Shown piece after piece: positions 37,732 through 45,912 of a stretch of 64,000 bases of DNA. The stretch lies in contig OZ253462.1 in the NCBI GenBank assembly GCA_965261395.1, positions 416,001-480,000 on the forward strand, in the 5' to 3' direction. The notes under the pieces are model-generated. The model was not told where the DNA came from, ran no database searches, and saw only the letters and a list, made by a program, of their open reading frames with translations. Each line of letters starts with the position of its first letter. The stretch's first letter is position 1. Position numbers and translations under genes: made by a program. The DNA comes from Candidatus Latescibacterota bacterium. GTDB lineage: Bacteria; Latescibacterota; UBA2968; UBA8231.

Positions 37732-38603
37732 CAGTCTAGATACTTCCCATAGAGCACCCTGAGCCGCTCCTTCGCCTCTAAGGGAATCACCGCTGGGTCG
37801 GTGATGATGGCGCGTTCGGCGGCGCGCAGACAAGGGCAAGCGGATTCAGCCGACAGGCGCGTGGCAACCTCGGAAACGATCTGCTTAGCCAAGGCGCTGT
37901 TGGCCTTCAGCACCGCTAGCACTTGCTCGACGGTCACGTCTTCTTCCTCCTCGTGCCAGCAGTCGTAGTCCGTGCCCGTCGCCAGCAGTGCGTAGCACAT
38001 TTCCGCCTCGCGCGCCAGCTTGGCCTCGGGCAGAGCGGTCATGCCGATCACGGCCGCGTCCACAGCGTTGCGGTAGAAATGCGACTCGGCGCGGGTGGAA
38101 AAGGCCGGTCCCTCCATGCAGAGGTACGTGCCCCCCTCGTGGACGTTGGCACCCGCCGCCTGGGCCGCAGCCATGACTACGCCCCGCAACGTCTCGCAGA
38201 ATGGGTCGGCAAACATCACATGTCCGGCGATCCCGTCGCCGAAGAACGTCGATGGGCGTTGGCCGCGCGTGCGGTCGAAAATTTGGTCGGGCACGATCAT
38301 GTCCCCAGGCCGGATCGCTTCCTGCATGATGCCGCAGGCGCTGATGGCCAAAACGTGGTTCACACCAAGTTGCTTGAGCGCGTGGATATTGGCGCGTGCG
38401 GGCACTTCGGCTGGCAGCAGCCGGTGCCCCCGGCCATGTCGCGGCAGAAAATGCACCGTGCGGTCGCCAATTCGCGCCTCGACGATGGCGTCCGAGGGCG
38501 CGCCAAAGGGCGTGTCTAGCCGGTGCTCGGCGACCGTTTCGACCCCTTCTATATGGTACAACCCCGACCCGCCGATGACGCCCAAGACTACGGATTGACT
38601 CAT
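37731..38603 (-). CDS. mtnP: S-methyl-5'-thioadenosine phosphorylase
   Basis: GVIGGSGLY, TPFGAPS, PRHGRGH, EGPAFSTRAES, IGMT..PEAKLAREAE, TDYDCW. Confidence 0.93.
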   Translation of the reverse strand: MSQSVVLGVIGGSGLYHIEGVETVAEHRLDTPFGAPSDAIVEARIGDRTVHFLPRHGRGHRLLPAEVPARANIHALKQLGVNHVLAISACGIMQEAIRPGDMIVPDQIFDRTRGQRPSTFFGDGIAGHVMFADPFCETLRGVVMAAAQAAGANVHEGGTYLCMEGPAFSTRAESHFYRNAVDAAVIGMTALPEAKLAREAEMCYALLATGTDYDCWHEEEEDVTVEQVLAVLKANSALAKQIVSEVATRLSAESACPCLRAAERAIITDPAVIPLEAKERLRVLYGKYLD

Positions 38604-38772
38604 CATCATCTCCTCCTGTGAGAATGCAAGTGCCTGATATAGTAATGCGGCATGATTTGAACGATTCGAGCGGTGGATCGTCTTGTGCATCCTATTCTGC
38701 GTCTATCTGCGTCCATCTGCGGATCACCTTGTAAATGATGTAGGATTGCTATAGCACCCTATATTATACACC

Positions 38773-41148
38773 ATGCCCCCGCGCCTGCTCAAAACCTCGG
38801 TCCGCGAACTTATCGGCTTCGTGCTGCGCTCCGGCGACCTAGTCTCCGGCGGCTTTTCCCGCCCCGACCGCCTAGTGGAAGGCACGCGCGGTCACCAGCA
38901 AGTCCAGCGCGCCCGCCCCGCCGACTATCAGGCGGAAGTGCCCATCTCCTACCTAGTCGAGACCGACGAGATCACCCTCGAAATAAGCGGCCGCATCGAC
39001 GGCCTGCTCGTCGCAGACGACGCCGTGCTCATCGAGGAAATCAAGACTACCGAGGCCGACCTCGAAGAGGTCCCCGAAAACCCAGCGCACTGGGCCCAGG
39101 CCAAGCTCTACGCCTTTATGGTCGCCGAGCAAAGTGGCCTCGACGCCATCGACATCCAGCTAACCTACCTTCAGTTGGATACCTATGAGCGCCGCGAGGA
39201 TCGCCGCACCTTTGCGTGCGACGAACTGGCGGCGTTTTGCTCCGATCTCATCGAGCGCTACCTACATTGGGCGCGAATCTATCACCAGTGGTGTGCCGAG
39301 CGCGATCTTTCGCTCGAGGCACTCAAATTCCCCTTTGCCGAGTACCGGCCCGGCCAGCGCGATCTGGCCGTGGTCGCCTACCGCACCATCGACGGCCGCG
39401 GGCGGGCTTTTGCCCAAGCACCCACCGGCATCGGCAAGACCATCTCGACCCTGTTCCCGGCCGCCAAGGCCCTCGGCTTGGGCCATGCCGAAAAAATCTT
39501 CTACCTGACGGCCAAGACCAGCGGACGCAGGATCGCCGAAAAGGCCCTTGACGACCTGCGCGGGGGAGGCGCGCGCCTCAAGAGCCTGACGCTGACGGCC
39601 CGCGACAAGATCTGCTTCAAACCCAACGGCGGCAGCACCTGCGATCCCGATCAATGCGAGTTCGCCCGTGGCTACTACGACCGCATCAACGACGCGCTTG
39701 AAGACATCTTCACCCACGATGCCTTCACCCGCACTCTCGTCGAGGAATGCGCCCAAAAGCACCGCGTCTGTCCCTTTGAGTTCTCGCTCGATCTCGCGCC
39801 GTGGACCGACGTCATCATCTGCGACTACAACTACGTCTTCGATCCGCGCGCCTTCCTCAAGCGCTTCTTCCAAGACGTCAGCGGGCAATACGCCTTCCTC
39901 ATTGACGAGGCCCACAATCTCGTCGATCGGGCGCGCGAAATGTTCTCGGCCGATCTGTGCAAGTCCGAGATCTCTGGGCTCAAGCGCTTAGTCGGCAAGA
40001 CGCATCCCGACTTGGGCAAGCAACTCGACGCCCTCAACCGCTACTTTGCCAAGCTCGGCAAGAAGGTCGAGCAGGAAGGCGACGGCGAGTGCTGGATCAG
40101 CCCGCAACTATCGACGGATCTGATGGCGCTGGTCCACAACGTCCTCCGCGCCGCTGAGAAGGTCCTAGAGCAAGGCGCTGCCTTGCCCTTTTGGGATGAA
40201 TTGATCGAGTGCTACTTCCGGGCACTGGGCTTTGAGCGCATCGGCGAGCTTTTCGACGAACACTACACCACGTACACCGAAAAACAGGGTCGGGATATTC
40301 GCTTCCGGCTGTTCTGTCTCGACCCAGCGCCCAATATCCGCCAAGCCCTAGGGCGCGGCTGCGCGGCTGTATTCTTCTCGGCCACGCTCTCGCCGCTGGC
40401 GTACTTCCGCGACCTGCTCGGTGGCGAGGAAGGGGATACCTTGTTGAGCCTTGGCTCGCCTTTCCCGCCCGAACACCTGCGCCTGCTGCTGGCCGACCAC
40501 ATTGAGACGACGTACAAAAAGCGCGGCGAGAGCTACGACGACATCGCCGAGTCCATCGCCGCCCTCGTCAGCCAGCGCGCGGGCAATTACCTCGCCTTTT
40601 TCCCTTCGTACAAATACATGGAGGAAGTGGCCTCGCGCTTTGCCGAGGCGCACCCGAGCATCGACCTCCTCGTCCAAGAAAGCGGCATGTCCGACCGCCA
40701 GCGCGAGGCATTCCTCTCCGTCTTCGACGCGGAGCCATTGCAGCCCGCGCAGCACATAGTGGGTTTCGCGGTGATGGGCGGCGTCTTTGGCGAGGGGATC
40801 GATTTAGTCGGCGAGCGCTTGGTTGGTGCAGTGGTCGTCGGCGTTGGGCTGCCGCAACTGTGCTTGGAGCGCGACCTGATCCGCCACTATTTCGACGAGC
40901 GCGAGATTCCCGGCTTTGCGTACGCCTACGTCTATCCGGGCATGAACCGCGTGTTGCAGGCCGCCGGTCGCGTCATCCGCACCGCAGCCGACCGCGGCGC
41001 GATCCTTCTCGTCGATCGCCGCTTTGCTCAAAGCCGCTACCGCCAGCTCTTCCCCTCCTCTTGGCACCCGGTGCATTCCGTGCGCAACCCCGCCCATATC
41101 GCCCAGTCGCTGGCCGAGTTTTGGCACCATGACCCTACGCACACTTAG
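38773..41148 (+). CDS. Fe-S DinG/Rad3-family helicase with N-terminal PD-(D/E)xK nuclease-like domain
   Basis: GRIDG..EEIKT..HWAQ; YRPGQ, APTGIGKT, Fe-S Cys cluster, DEAHN, SATL, QAAGRVIR. Confidence 0.9.
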   Translation: MPPRLLKTSVRELIGFVLRSGDLVSGGFSRPDRLVEGTRGHQQVQRARPADYQAEVPISYLVETDEITLEISGRIDGLLVADDAVLIEEIKTTEADLEEVPENPAHWAQAKLYAFMVAEQSGLDAIDIQLTYLQLDTYERREDRRTFACDELAAFCSDLIERYLHWARIYHQWCAERDLSLEALKFPFAEYRPGQRDLAVVAYRTIDGRGRAFAQAPTGIGKTISTLFPAAKALGLGHAEKIFYLTAKTSGRRIAEKALDDLRGGGARLKSLTLTARDKICFKPNGGSTCDPDQCEFARGYYDRINDALEDIFTHDAFTRTLVEECAQKHRVCPFEFSLDLAPWTDVIICDYNYVFDPRAFLKRFFQDVSGQYAFLIDEAHNLVDRAREMFSADLCKSEISGLKRLVGKTHPDLGKQLDALNRYFAKLGKKVEQEGDGECWISPQLSTDLMALVHNVLRAAEKVLEQGAALPFWDELIECYFRALGFERIGELFDEHYTTYTEKQGRDIRFRLFCLDPAPNIRQALGRGCAAVFFSATLSPLAYFRDLLGGEEGDTLLSLGSPFPPEHLRLLLADHIETTYKKRGESYDDIAESIAALVSQRAGNYLAFFPSYKYMEEVASRFAEAHPSIDLLVQESGMSDRQREAFLSVFDAEPLQPAQHIVGFAVMGGVFGEGIDLVGERLVGAVVVGVGLPQLCLERDLIRHYFDEREIPGFAYAYVYPGMNRVLQAAGRVIRTAADRGAILLVDRRFAQSRYRQLFPSSWHPVHSVRNPAHIAQSLAEFWHHDPTHT

Positions 41149-41878
41149 CATCTTATTATTCTTGCTCTGTCCCGCGCTAGCAGCGGCCCAAAGCGTGTTC
41201 GCCGCCGCTAGCCTAAGCTCCGCACTCGCAGAGCTAACCACCCACTACGAGGGGATGCGCCTGTCCGTTGCCAGTTCTTCGACCTTGGCCAAACAAATTG
41301 CCGCAGGTGCGCCAGCCGACATTTATTTTTCCGCCAATGCCGAGTGGATGGACTATCTCCAAGCGCACCAGCACATTGAGCAAGACACCCGCGTCGATCT
41401 CCTCGGCAACACCCTCGTGGTCATTGCATCCAAGGAAGGGCCTTTCGCCGTCCGCTTGGCTAGGGACTTCAACTTTGCCGGTGCTTTCGCTGGCCGCTTG
41501 GCCCTCGGCGACCCCGATCACGTACCGGCCGGCCAGTACGCCCGCCAAACCCTAGAGCAATTGGGCTGGTGGCCGGCGCTCAAAAGCCGCATTGCACCCG
41601 CGCCCGATGTCCGCGCCGCCCTAGTGTACGTCGAGCGCGGCGAGTGCGCCGCGGGCTTGGTGTACGCCACCGATGCGGCCCAAAGCGACCGCGTGATAAC
41701 CCTAGCGACGGTGCCCGACTCACTGCACCGCCCCATCGTCTATCCAGCGGCCATCGTCAAAGACCGCACCAGCGCGCAGGTCCGCAGCCTGCTGGCGTTC
41801 TTTGGCTCGGACACGGCCGCCGGTATCTTCCGCAAACACGGCTTTACCTTTTTGGGCGACCAAGGTGTTCAGCGCTGA
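41129..41878 (+). CDS. modA: Molybdate ABC transporter substrate-binding protein
   Basis: VFAAASL, ASSSTLAKQI..GAPAD, VPAGQYA, VYATDA. Confidence 0.93.
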   Translation: MTLRTLSILLFLLCPALAAAQSVFAAASLSSALAELTTHYEGMRLSVASSSTLAKQIAAGAPADIYFSANAEWMDYLQAHQHIEQDTRVDLLGNTLVVIASKEGPFAVRLARDFNFAGAFAGRLALGDPDHVPAGQYARQTLEQLGWWPALKSRIAPAPDVRAALVYVERGECAAGLVYATDAAQSDRVITLATVPDSLHRPIVYPAAIVKDRTSAQVRSLLAFFGSDTAAGIFRKHGFTFLGDQGVQR

Positions 41879-42539
41879 GGAAGGGCAGGTCCTTTTGCTT
41901 TCGCTGCGCGTGGCCTTTTGCTGCGTGCTGCTGAGCCTGTTGCCGGCCGTGTTGCTGGGCTGGCTGCTGGCCCGGCGGGAGTTTCCGCTCAAGATCGCGC
42001 TCGACGGCCTCTGTCACCTGCCGCTGGTCCTGCCGCCGGTGGTCACCGGCTATCTGCTCTTGTTGCTTTTTGGCCGCCGCGGTGTCTTCGGCCCGGTGCT
42101 CGCCGCGCTCGACCTCCAGTTGGCCTTCGACTGGAAGGGCGCGGTGCTGGCCTCGGCCGTGGTCGGCTTTCCCCTGATGTTGCGCTCCGTGCGCCTCGGG
42201 ATTGAGAGCGTGGACCCGCGCCTAGAACGCGTCGCCCGCACCCTCGGAGCGGGTCCGGTGCGCGCCTTTCTGACCGTGACCCTGCGCCTCGCCGCTCCCG
42301 GCCTGCTGGTCGGCTCGCTGTTGACCTTTGCCCGCTCGTTGGGCGAGTTTGGCGCGACCATCACTTTTGCGGCCAATATTGCCGGACAGACCCGCACCAT
42401 TCCTTCGGCCATTTACACGTATCTCAACCAACCAGACGGAGAAAGCCGCGTCGTCGGGCTAATCGTGGTCTCGGTCGCGCTCTCGCTGCTGGCGCTCGTG
42501 GCCAGCGAGTGGTCGGCCCGTCGCCTGCGCTCGAGTTAG
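41865..42539 (+). CDS. modB: Molybdate ABC transporter permease
   Basis: LPLVLPPVVTGY, FARSLGEFGATI; GTG start. Confidence 0.93.
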   Translation: MFSAEEGQVLLLSLRVAFCCVLLSLLPAVLLGWLLARREFPLKIALDGLCHLPLVLPPVVTGYLLLLLFGRRGVFGPVLAALDLQLAFDWKGAVLASAVVGFPLMLRSVRLGIESVDPRLERVARTLGAGPVRAFLTVTLRLAAPGLLVGSLLTFARSLGEFGATITFAANIAGQTRTIPSAIYTYLNQPDGESRVVGLIVVSVALSLLALVASEWSARRLRSS

Positions 42540-42541
42540 CA

Positions 42542-43636
42542 ATGCTCCACCTCCGCGCTCAACACCAGCTAGGCCGCTTCGCGCTCGACGTCGATATCGA
42601 GTGCCACCATGCCGTCACCGCCATCTACGGGCCGTCGGGCGCGGGCAAGACCTCGCTGCTCAACCTAGTTGCTGGGCTGGTGCGGCCGGACGCCGGCGAA
42701 ATATCCTTGGACGGCCAAACCCTCTTCTCCTCGACCCAGCGCATCGATCTACCGCCCGAGCACCGCCGCGTCGGCTACGTGTTTCAAGACGACTTGCTCT
42801 TTCCGCACCTGAGCACCGAGGAAAACCTCTGCTATGGCCGCGACCTGCTGCCGGCAGCGGCGCGCCGCTTTGCCTTGGACCAAATCGTCGATTTGCTCGA
42901 AATCGGTCCCCTGCTCAAGCGTCGGCCGGGACACCTGTCCGGCGGCGAGCGCCAGCGCGTTGCCTTGGGCCGTGCCTTGCTCACTTCTCCGCGCCTCCTG
43001 CTGATGGACGAGCCGCTGTCCTCGCTCGATCAGGGACTCAAAAACCGCATCATTCCCTACTTGTGCCACGTCCGTGACGCCCTCCAGATCCCCATTCTCT
43101 ACGTCAGCCACTCGGTCGCCGAGATCCTCGAACTCACCAGCCAAGTCGTCGTCCTCGACCGCGGCCAGGTCGTCGCGCACGGCGACTTTTTCACCATCGC
43201 CGCCCATCCCCGAGTCCTGCCGCTAGTCGAAGAGCACGGCTTTGAAAACGTCCTCGACGTGGAAATCGCAGCGAGCGACGCTGAGCGGGGCGTCTGTGAG
43301 GTCCGGTGCCACGGTCAGCAGCTAAAAATTCCCTACTGCGATCAACCCGTCGGCAGCCGCCTCTTCATCGGCATCCGCGCCGACGACATCGTCCTCGCGC
43401 GCCAGCGCCCCGAAGGGCTGAGCGTGCGCAATGCTTTGCAGGGGACTATCAGCGCAATCGCCGATGTGGGGGGGAAACAGCTCATCTACGTGGATGTCGG
43501 ATGTCGGCTGGCCGCCAAAACCACTCTAGAAGCCATCGAGGAAATGCAACTCAGCATCGGCGATCCGATCTACTGCCTCGTCAAAACCCATTCCATCCGC
43601 TTGGGACCGCAGCTAGGCCGGGCGGACAAGCGTTGA
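42542..43636 (+). CDS. modC: Molybdate ABC transporter ATPase
   Basis: GPSGAGKT, LSGGERQR, MDEP, TOBE/Mop tail SVRN. Confidence 0.93.
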   Translation: MLHLRAQHQLGRFALDVDIECHHAVTAIYGPSGAGKTSLLNLVAGLVRPDAGEISLDGQTLFSSTQRIDLPPEHRRVGYVFQDDLLFPHLSTEENLCYGRDLLPAAARRFALDQIVDLLEIGPLLKRRPGHLSGGERQRVALGRALLTSPRLLLMDEPLSSLDQGLKNRIIPYLCHVRDALQIPILYVSHSVAEILELTSQVVVLDRGQVVAHGDFFTIAAHPRVLPLVEEHGFENVLDVEIAASDAERGVCEVRCHGQQLKIPYCDQPVGSRLFIGIRADDIVLARQRPEGLSVRNALQGTISAIADVGGKQLIYVDVGCRLAAKTTLEAIEEMQLSIGDPIYCLVKTHSIRLGPQLGRADKR

Positions 43637-43662
43637 CATGACAAACGCCCGCCTTTTATACT
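43633..43662 (+). promoter_or_regulatory. Sigma70-type promoter
   Basis: TTGACA(43633-43638)-N18-TATACT(43657-43662) upstream of 43718. Confidence 0.65.
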
Positions 43663-43717
43663 CTTTACAAATGAGTACAGACTGGTACCTGAGCACTTCC
43701 AACCTAAGAGACTCGCT

Positions 43718-44395
43718 ATGAATGTCATCACGGTTGCCCGTCAACTCGGCAGCTTTGGCGACTGGATCGCCGAGCAGTTGGCCGCCAAGCTAGACTACGC
43801 ATTTGTCGACCGCCGCCTCGTCGAAGAGATCGCCAGCATCACGGATACCTCGGTCGAAGAGGTCGAGCGCTACGACGAAAAGGGAGAGGGCGGGCTCAAG
43901 TTCTTCCTCAAGAAATTGCTCGTGCCCGAAGTCGCCCCGGGGACTTTCCCCTTATCGGCTGCCGCGTACGCGCCTGAGTTTGGGCTCGAGTTTCCCCACA
44001 TGCGCGACTATGAGGTCGGCGAAGCAACGTACCTCGACCGCGGTACGTACCAGCTACTCATCACGACCCTCGTGCAGGAGTTCGGCCAAGACGGCAAGGC
44101 CGTCATCGTTGGCCGAGCTAGCCAAGTCATCCTCGCCGATCACCCCAAGGCCTGCCACGTCAAGATCATCGCCCCGCTCGAAACGCGGATTGAACGCTTG
44201 ATGCAGAACCGCGGCATGGATCGCGAACAAGCGCATAAACTCATCGAGCAACACGACCAATGGCGACAGAGCTACCTGCGCAACTTCCACAACGCCGACT
44301 GGAACGACCCCCTGCTCTACGACCTGACGATCAACACCGGCAAAATAGACCGAGCCGCCGCTGTCGATCTTCTCGCTGGTTTCTTAGCCGAGTAG
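43718..44395 (+). CDS. Cytidylate kinase-like family protein
   Basis: VITVARQLGSFG, VIVGRAS, YDLTINT. Confidence 0.85.
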   Translation: MNVITVARQLGSFGDWIAEQLAAKLDYAFVDRRLVEEIASITDTSVEEVERYDEKGEGGLKFFLKKLLVPEVAPGTFPLSAAAYAPEFGLEFPHMRDYEVGEATYLDRGTYQLLITTLVQEFGQDGKAVIVGRASQVILADHPKACHVKIIAPLETRIERLMQNRGMDREQAHKLIEQHDQWRQSYLRNFHNADWNDPLLYDLTINTGKIDRAAAVDLLAGFLAE

Positions 44396-44419
44396 GGGCG
44401 ACCGGCCGGTCGCCCCTAC
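44392..44419. repeat. Perfect 28-bp GTAG-type REP palindrome
   Basis: GTAGGGGCGACCGG|CCGGTCGCCCCTAC; contains both convergent TAG stops; second copy at 61734-61759. Confidence 0.85.
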
Positions 44420-45912
44420 AGATCAAACGAACGCGACACCGGCCGTCCCCGCGCCCCGTGTAAAAACGCGTCGTCCGGGCGTGGCCAGCGCATCGCGTAC
44501 TGCCGGCTGCGCTGGCGGCGGTAGCCAGCATTGTAATAAGTGCTCGCGGCGAGCCAGCGCAGCAGACGGGCCATAAGCTCGTTTTGCAGTTCCTGATGCT
44601 CGGCGCGGCCCCAGAGGTTCCATAGCTCGTGCGGGTCCTGCTCCAAGTCGTATAGCTCGCCCTGATCTTGGCCGATGTAATAGACCATTTTGTGCCGCTG
44701 GCCACGCATCATCACCTGATAGTTGTCCTCGCAGAACACCCACTCGCGCGGAGCAAAACCCGCGTCCGGTGCCTCCAAGTATGGCCGCAGCGAGCGCCCC
44801 TCCAAGTAGCTGGGCACCTCCACGCCAGCCGCTTCTAGGATCGTCGGCCCCAAATCCATCAGCGAAACCAAGTCACCGACCGCATCGCCCTTTTGCATCC
44901 GACGACTGTCGCGCACAATCAGCGGCACGTGTACCACGGGGTCGTACATCAGCCATTTGTACGCCAGCCCGTGATCGCCCAACAGCTCGCCGTGATCCGA
45001 GCAGAAGATCAGCAGGCTATTGTCCAAAAAGCCCCGCGTCTGCAGCGCGTCGAGGACCTCGCCTAGCTTCTCATCCACCGTGGTAATCTTGGCGTAGTAG
45101 TGCCGTCGCATACGAGCGATGTCCTCTTCGCTGGGCGAGTACATGTCGATCGCGGACTCGTGCTCGGTTTCAGCGTGCATTTTTTTCTGCGCCGCGTGCT
45201 GGGGCGGCTTGTCCTCCAACTCGCCCTCACGCATCACGCGCGGGGGCATTGGACGCCCTGCGTACTGCTCCAAATGCCTCGGCAGCGGGTCCCATGGCTC
45301 GTGCGGGCCGGTAAAACCTATCTGCAAGAAAAACGGTTGTTGGCCCTTGTAATCGCGGATCCAAGCAAGGGCGGAGTCGCCGATAAAGACATCCGAGTGA
45401 AAGCGCTCCTCCAAGTGCCAAGGGACACCTTGATATTTCTGTAGCCAATTGGGATCGGTCTTGTTGCGGTCGTTGGGCCGCTCTAAGCCGTGAATCCGCA
45501 GATAGCGGCCCCAATCGTCGTCCGCCCCGCCCGAGTCGAGGTGCTTGCTGGTGGGATTCTCCACGATAACCCGCTCGTGGAAGCCCCCGGCGACATCGCG
45601 TGGAGCAAAGTGCATCTTGCCAATGTTGACGCAGTGATAACCCGCGTCGTTGAGGTCTTGCACCCAATTGCGGTGATCGGCCCAATGGTCGAAGCTGTAC
45701 ACGCCGGTATTGTGTGGGTACATACCCGTGAAGATCGCCGCCCGCGAGGCAATACAGGTCGCGCCCGGGCAAAAGGCATTGCGGAAGGAAAGCCCCTCCG
45801 CGGCCAAGCGGTCCATCGCCGGCGTGATCGCGTAGTCGCAGCCCCAAGCGCCGAGCGTGTCGAAGCGCTGTTGGTCGGTCATAATCAGGATGATATTGGG
45901 TCTTTCAGGCAT
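44416..45912 (-). CDS. Formylglycine-type sulfatase
   Basis: PNIILIMTDQQR, CIASRAAIFTG (CxAxR variant), IGKMH, PHEP, SDHG, ELYDLEQDP. Confidence 0.92.
   Translation of the reverse strand: MPERPNIILIMTDQQRFDTLGAWGCDYAITPAMDRLAAEGLSFRNAFCPGATCIASRAAIFTGMYPHNTGVYSFDHWADHRNWVQDLNDAGYHCVNIGKMHFAPRDVAGGFHERVIVENPTSKHLDSGGADDDWGRYLRIHGLERPNDRNKTDPNWLQKYQGVPWHLEERFHSDVFIGDSALAWIRDYKGQQPFFLQIGFTGPHEPWDPLPRHLEQYAGRPMPPRVMREGELEDKPPQHAAQKKMHAETEHESAIDMYSPSEEDIARMRRHYYAKITTVDEKLGEVLDALQTRGFLDNSLLIFCSDHGELLGDHGLAYKWLMYDPVVHVPLIVRDSRRMQKGDAVGDLVSLMDLGPTILEAAGVEVPSYLEGRSLRPYLEAPDAGFAPREWVFCEDNYQVMMRGQRHKMVYYIGQDQGELYDLEQDPHELWNLWGRAEHQELQNELMARLLRWLAASTYYNAGYRRQRSRQYAMRWPRPDDAFLHGARGRPVSRSFDL

Noticed and set aside
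38773-41148. Cas4-like/DinG protein as part of a type IV CRISPR system
   Set aside because: No array or other cas genes; this fusion also occurs as a stand-alone repair-type helicase.
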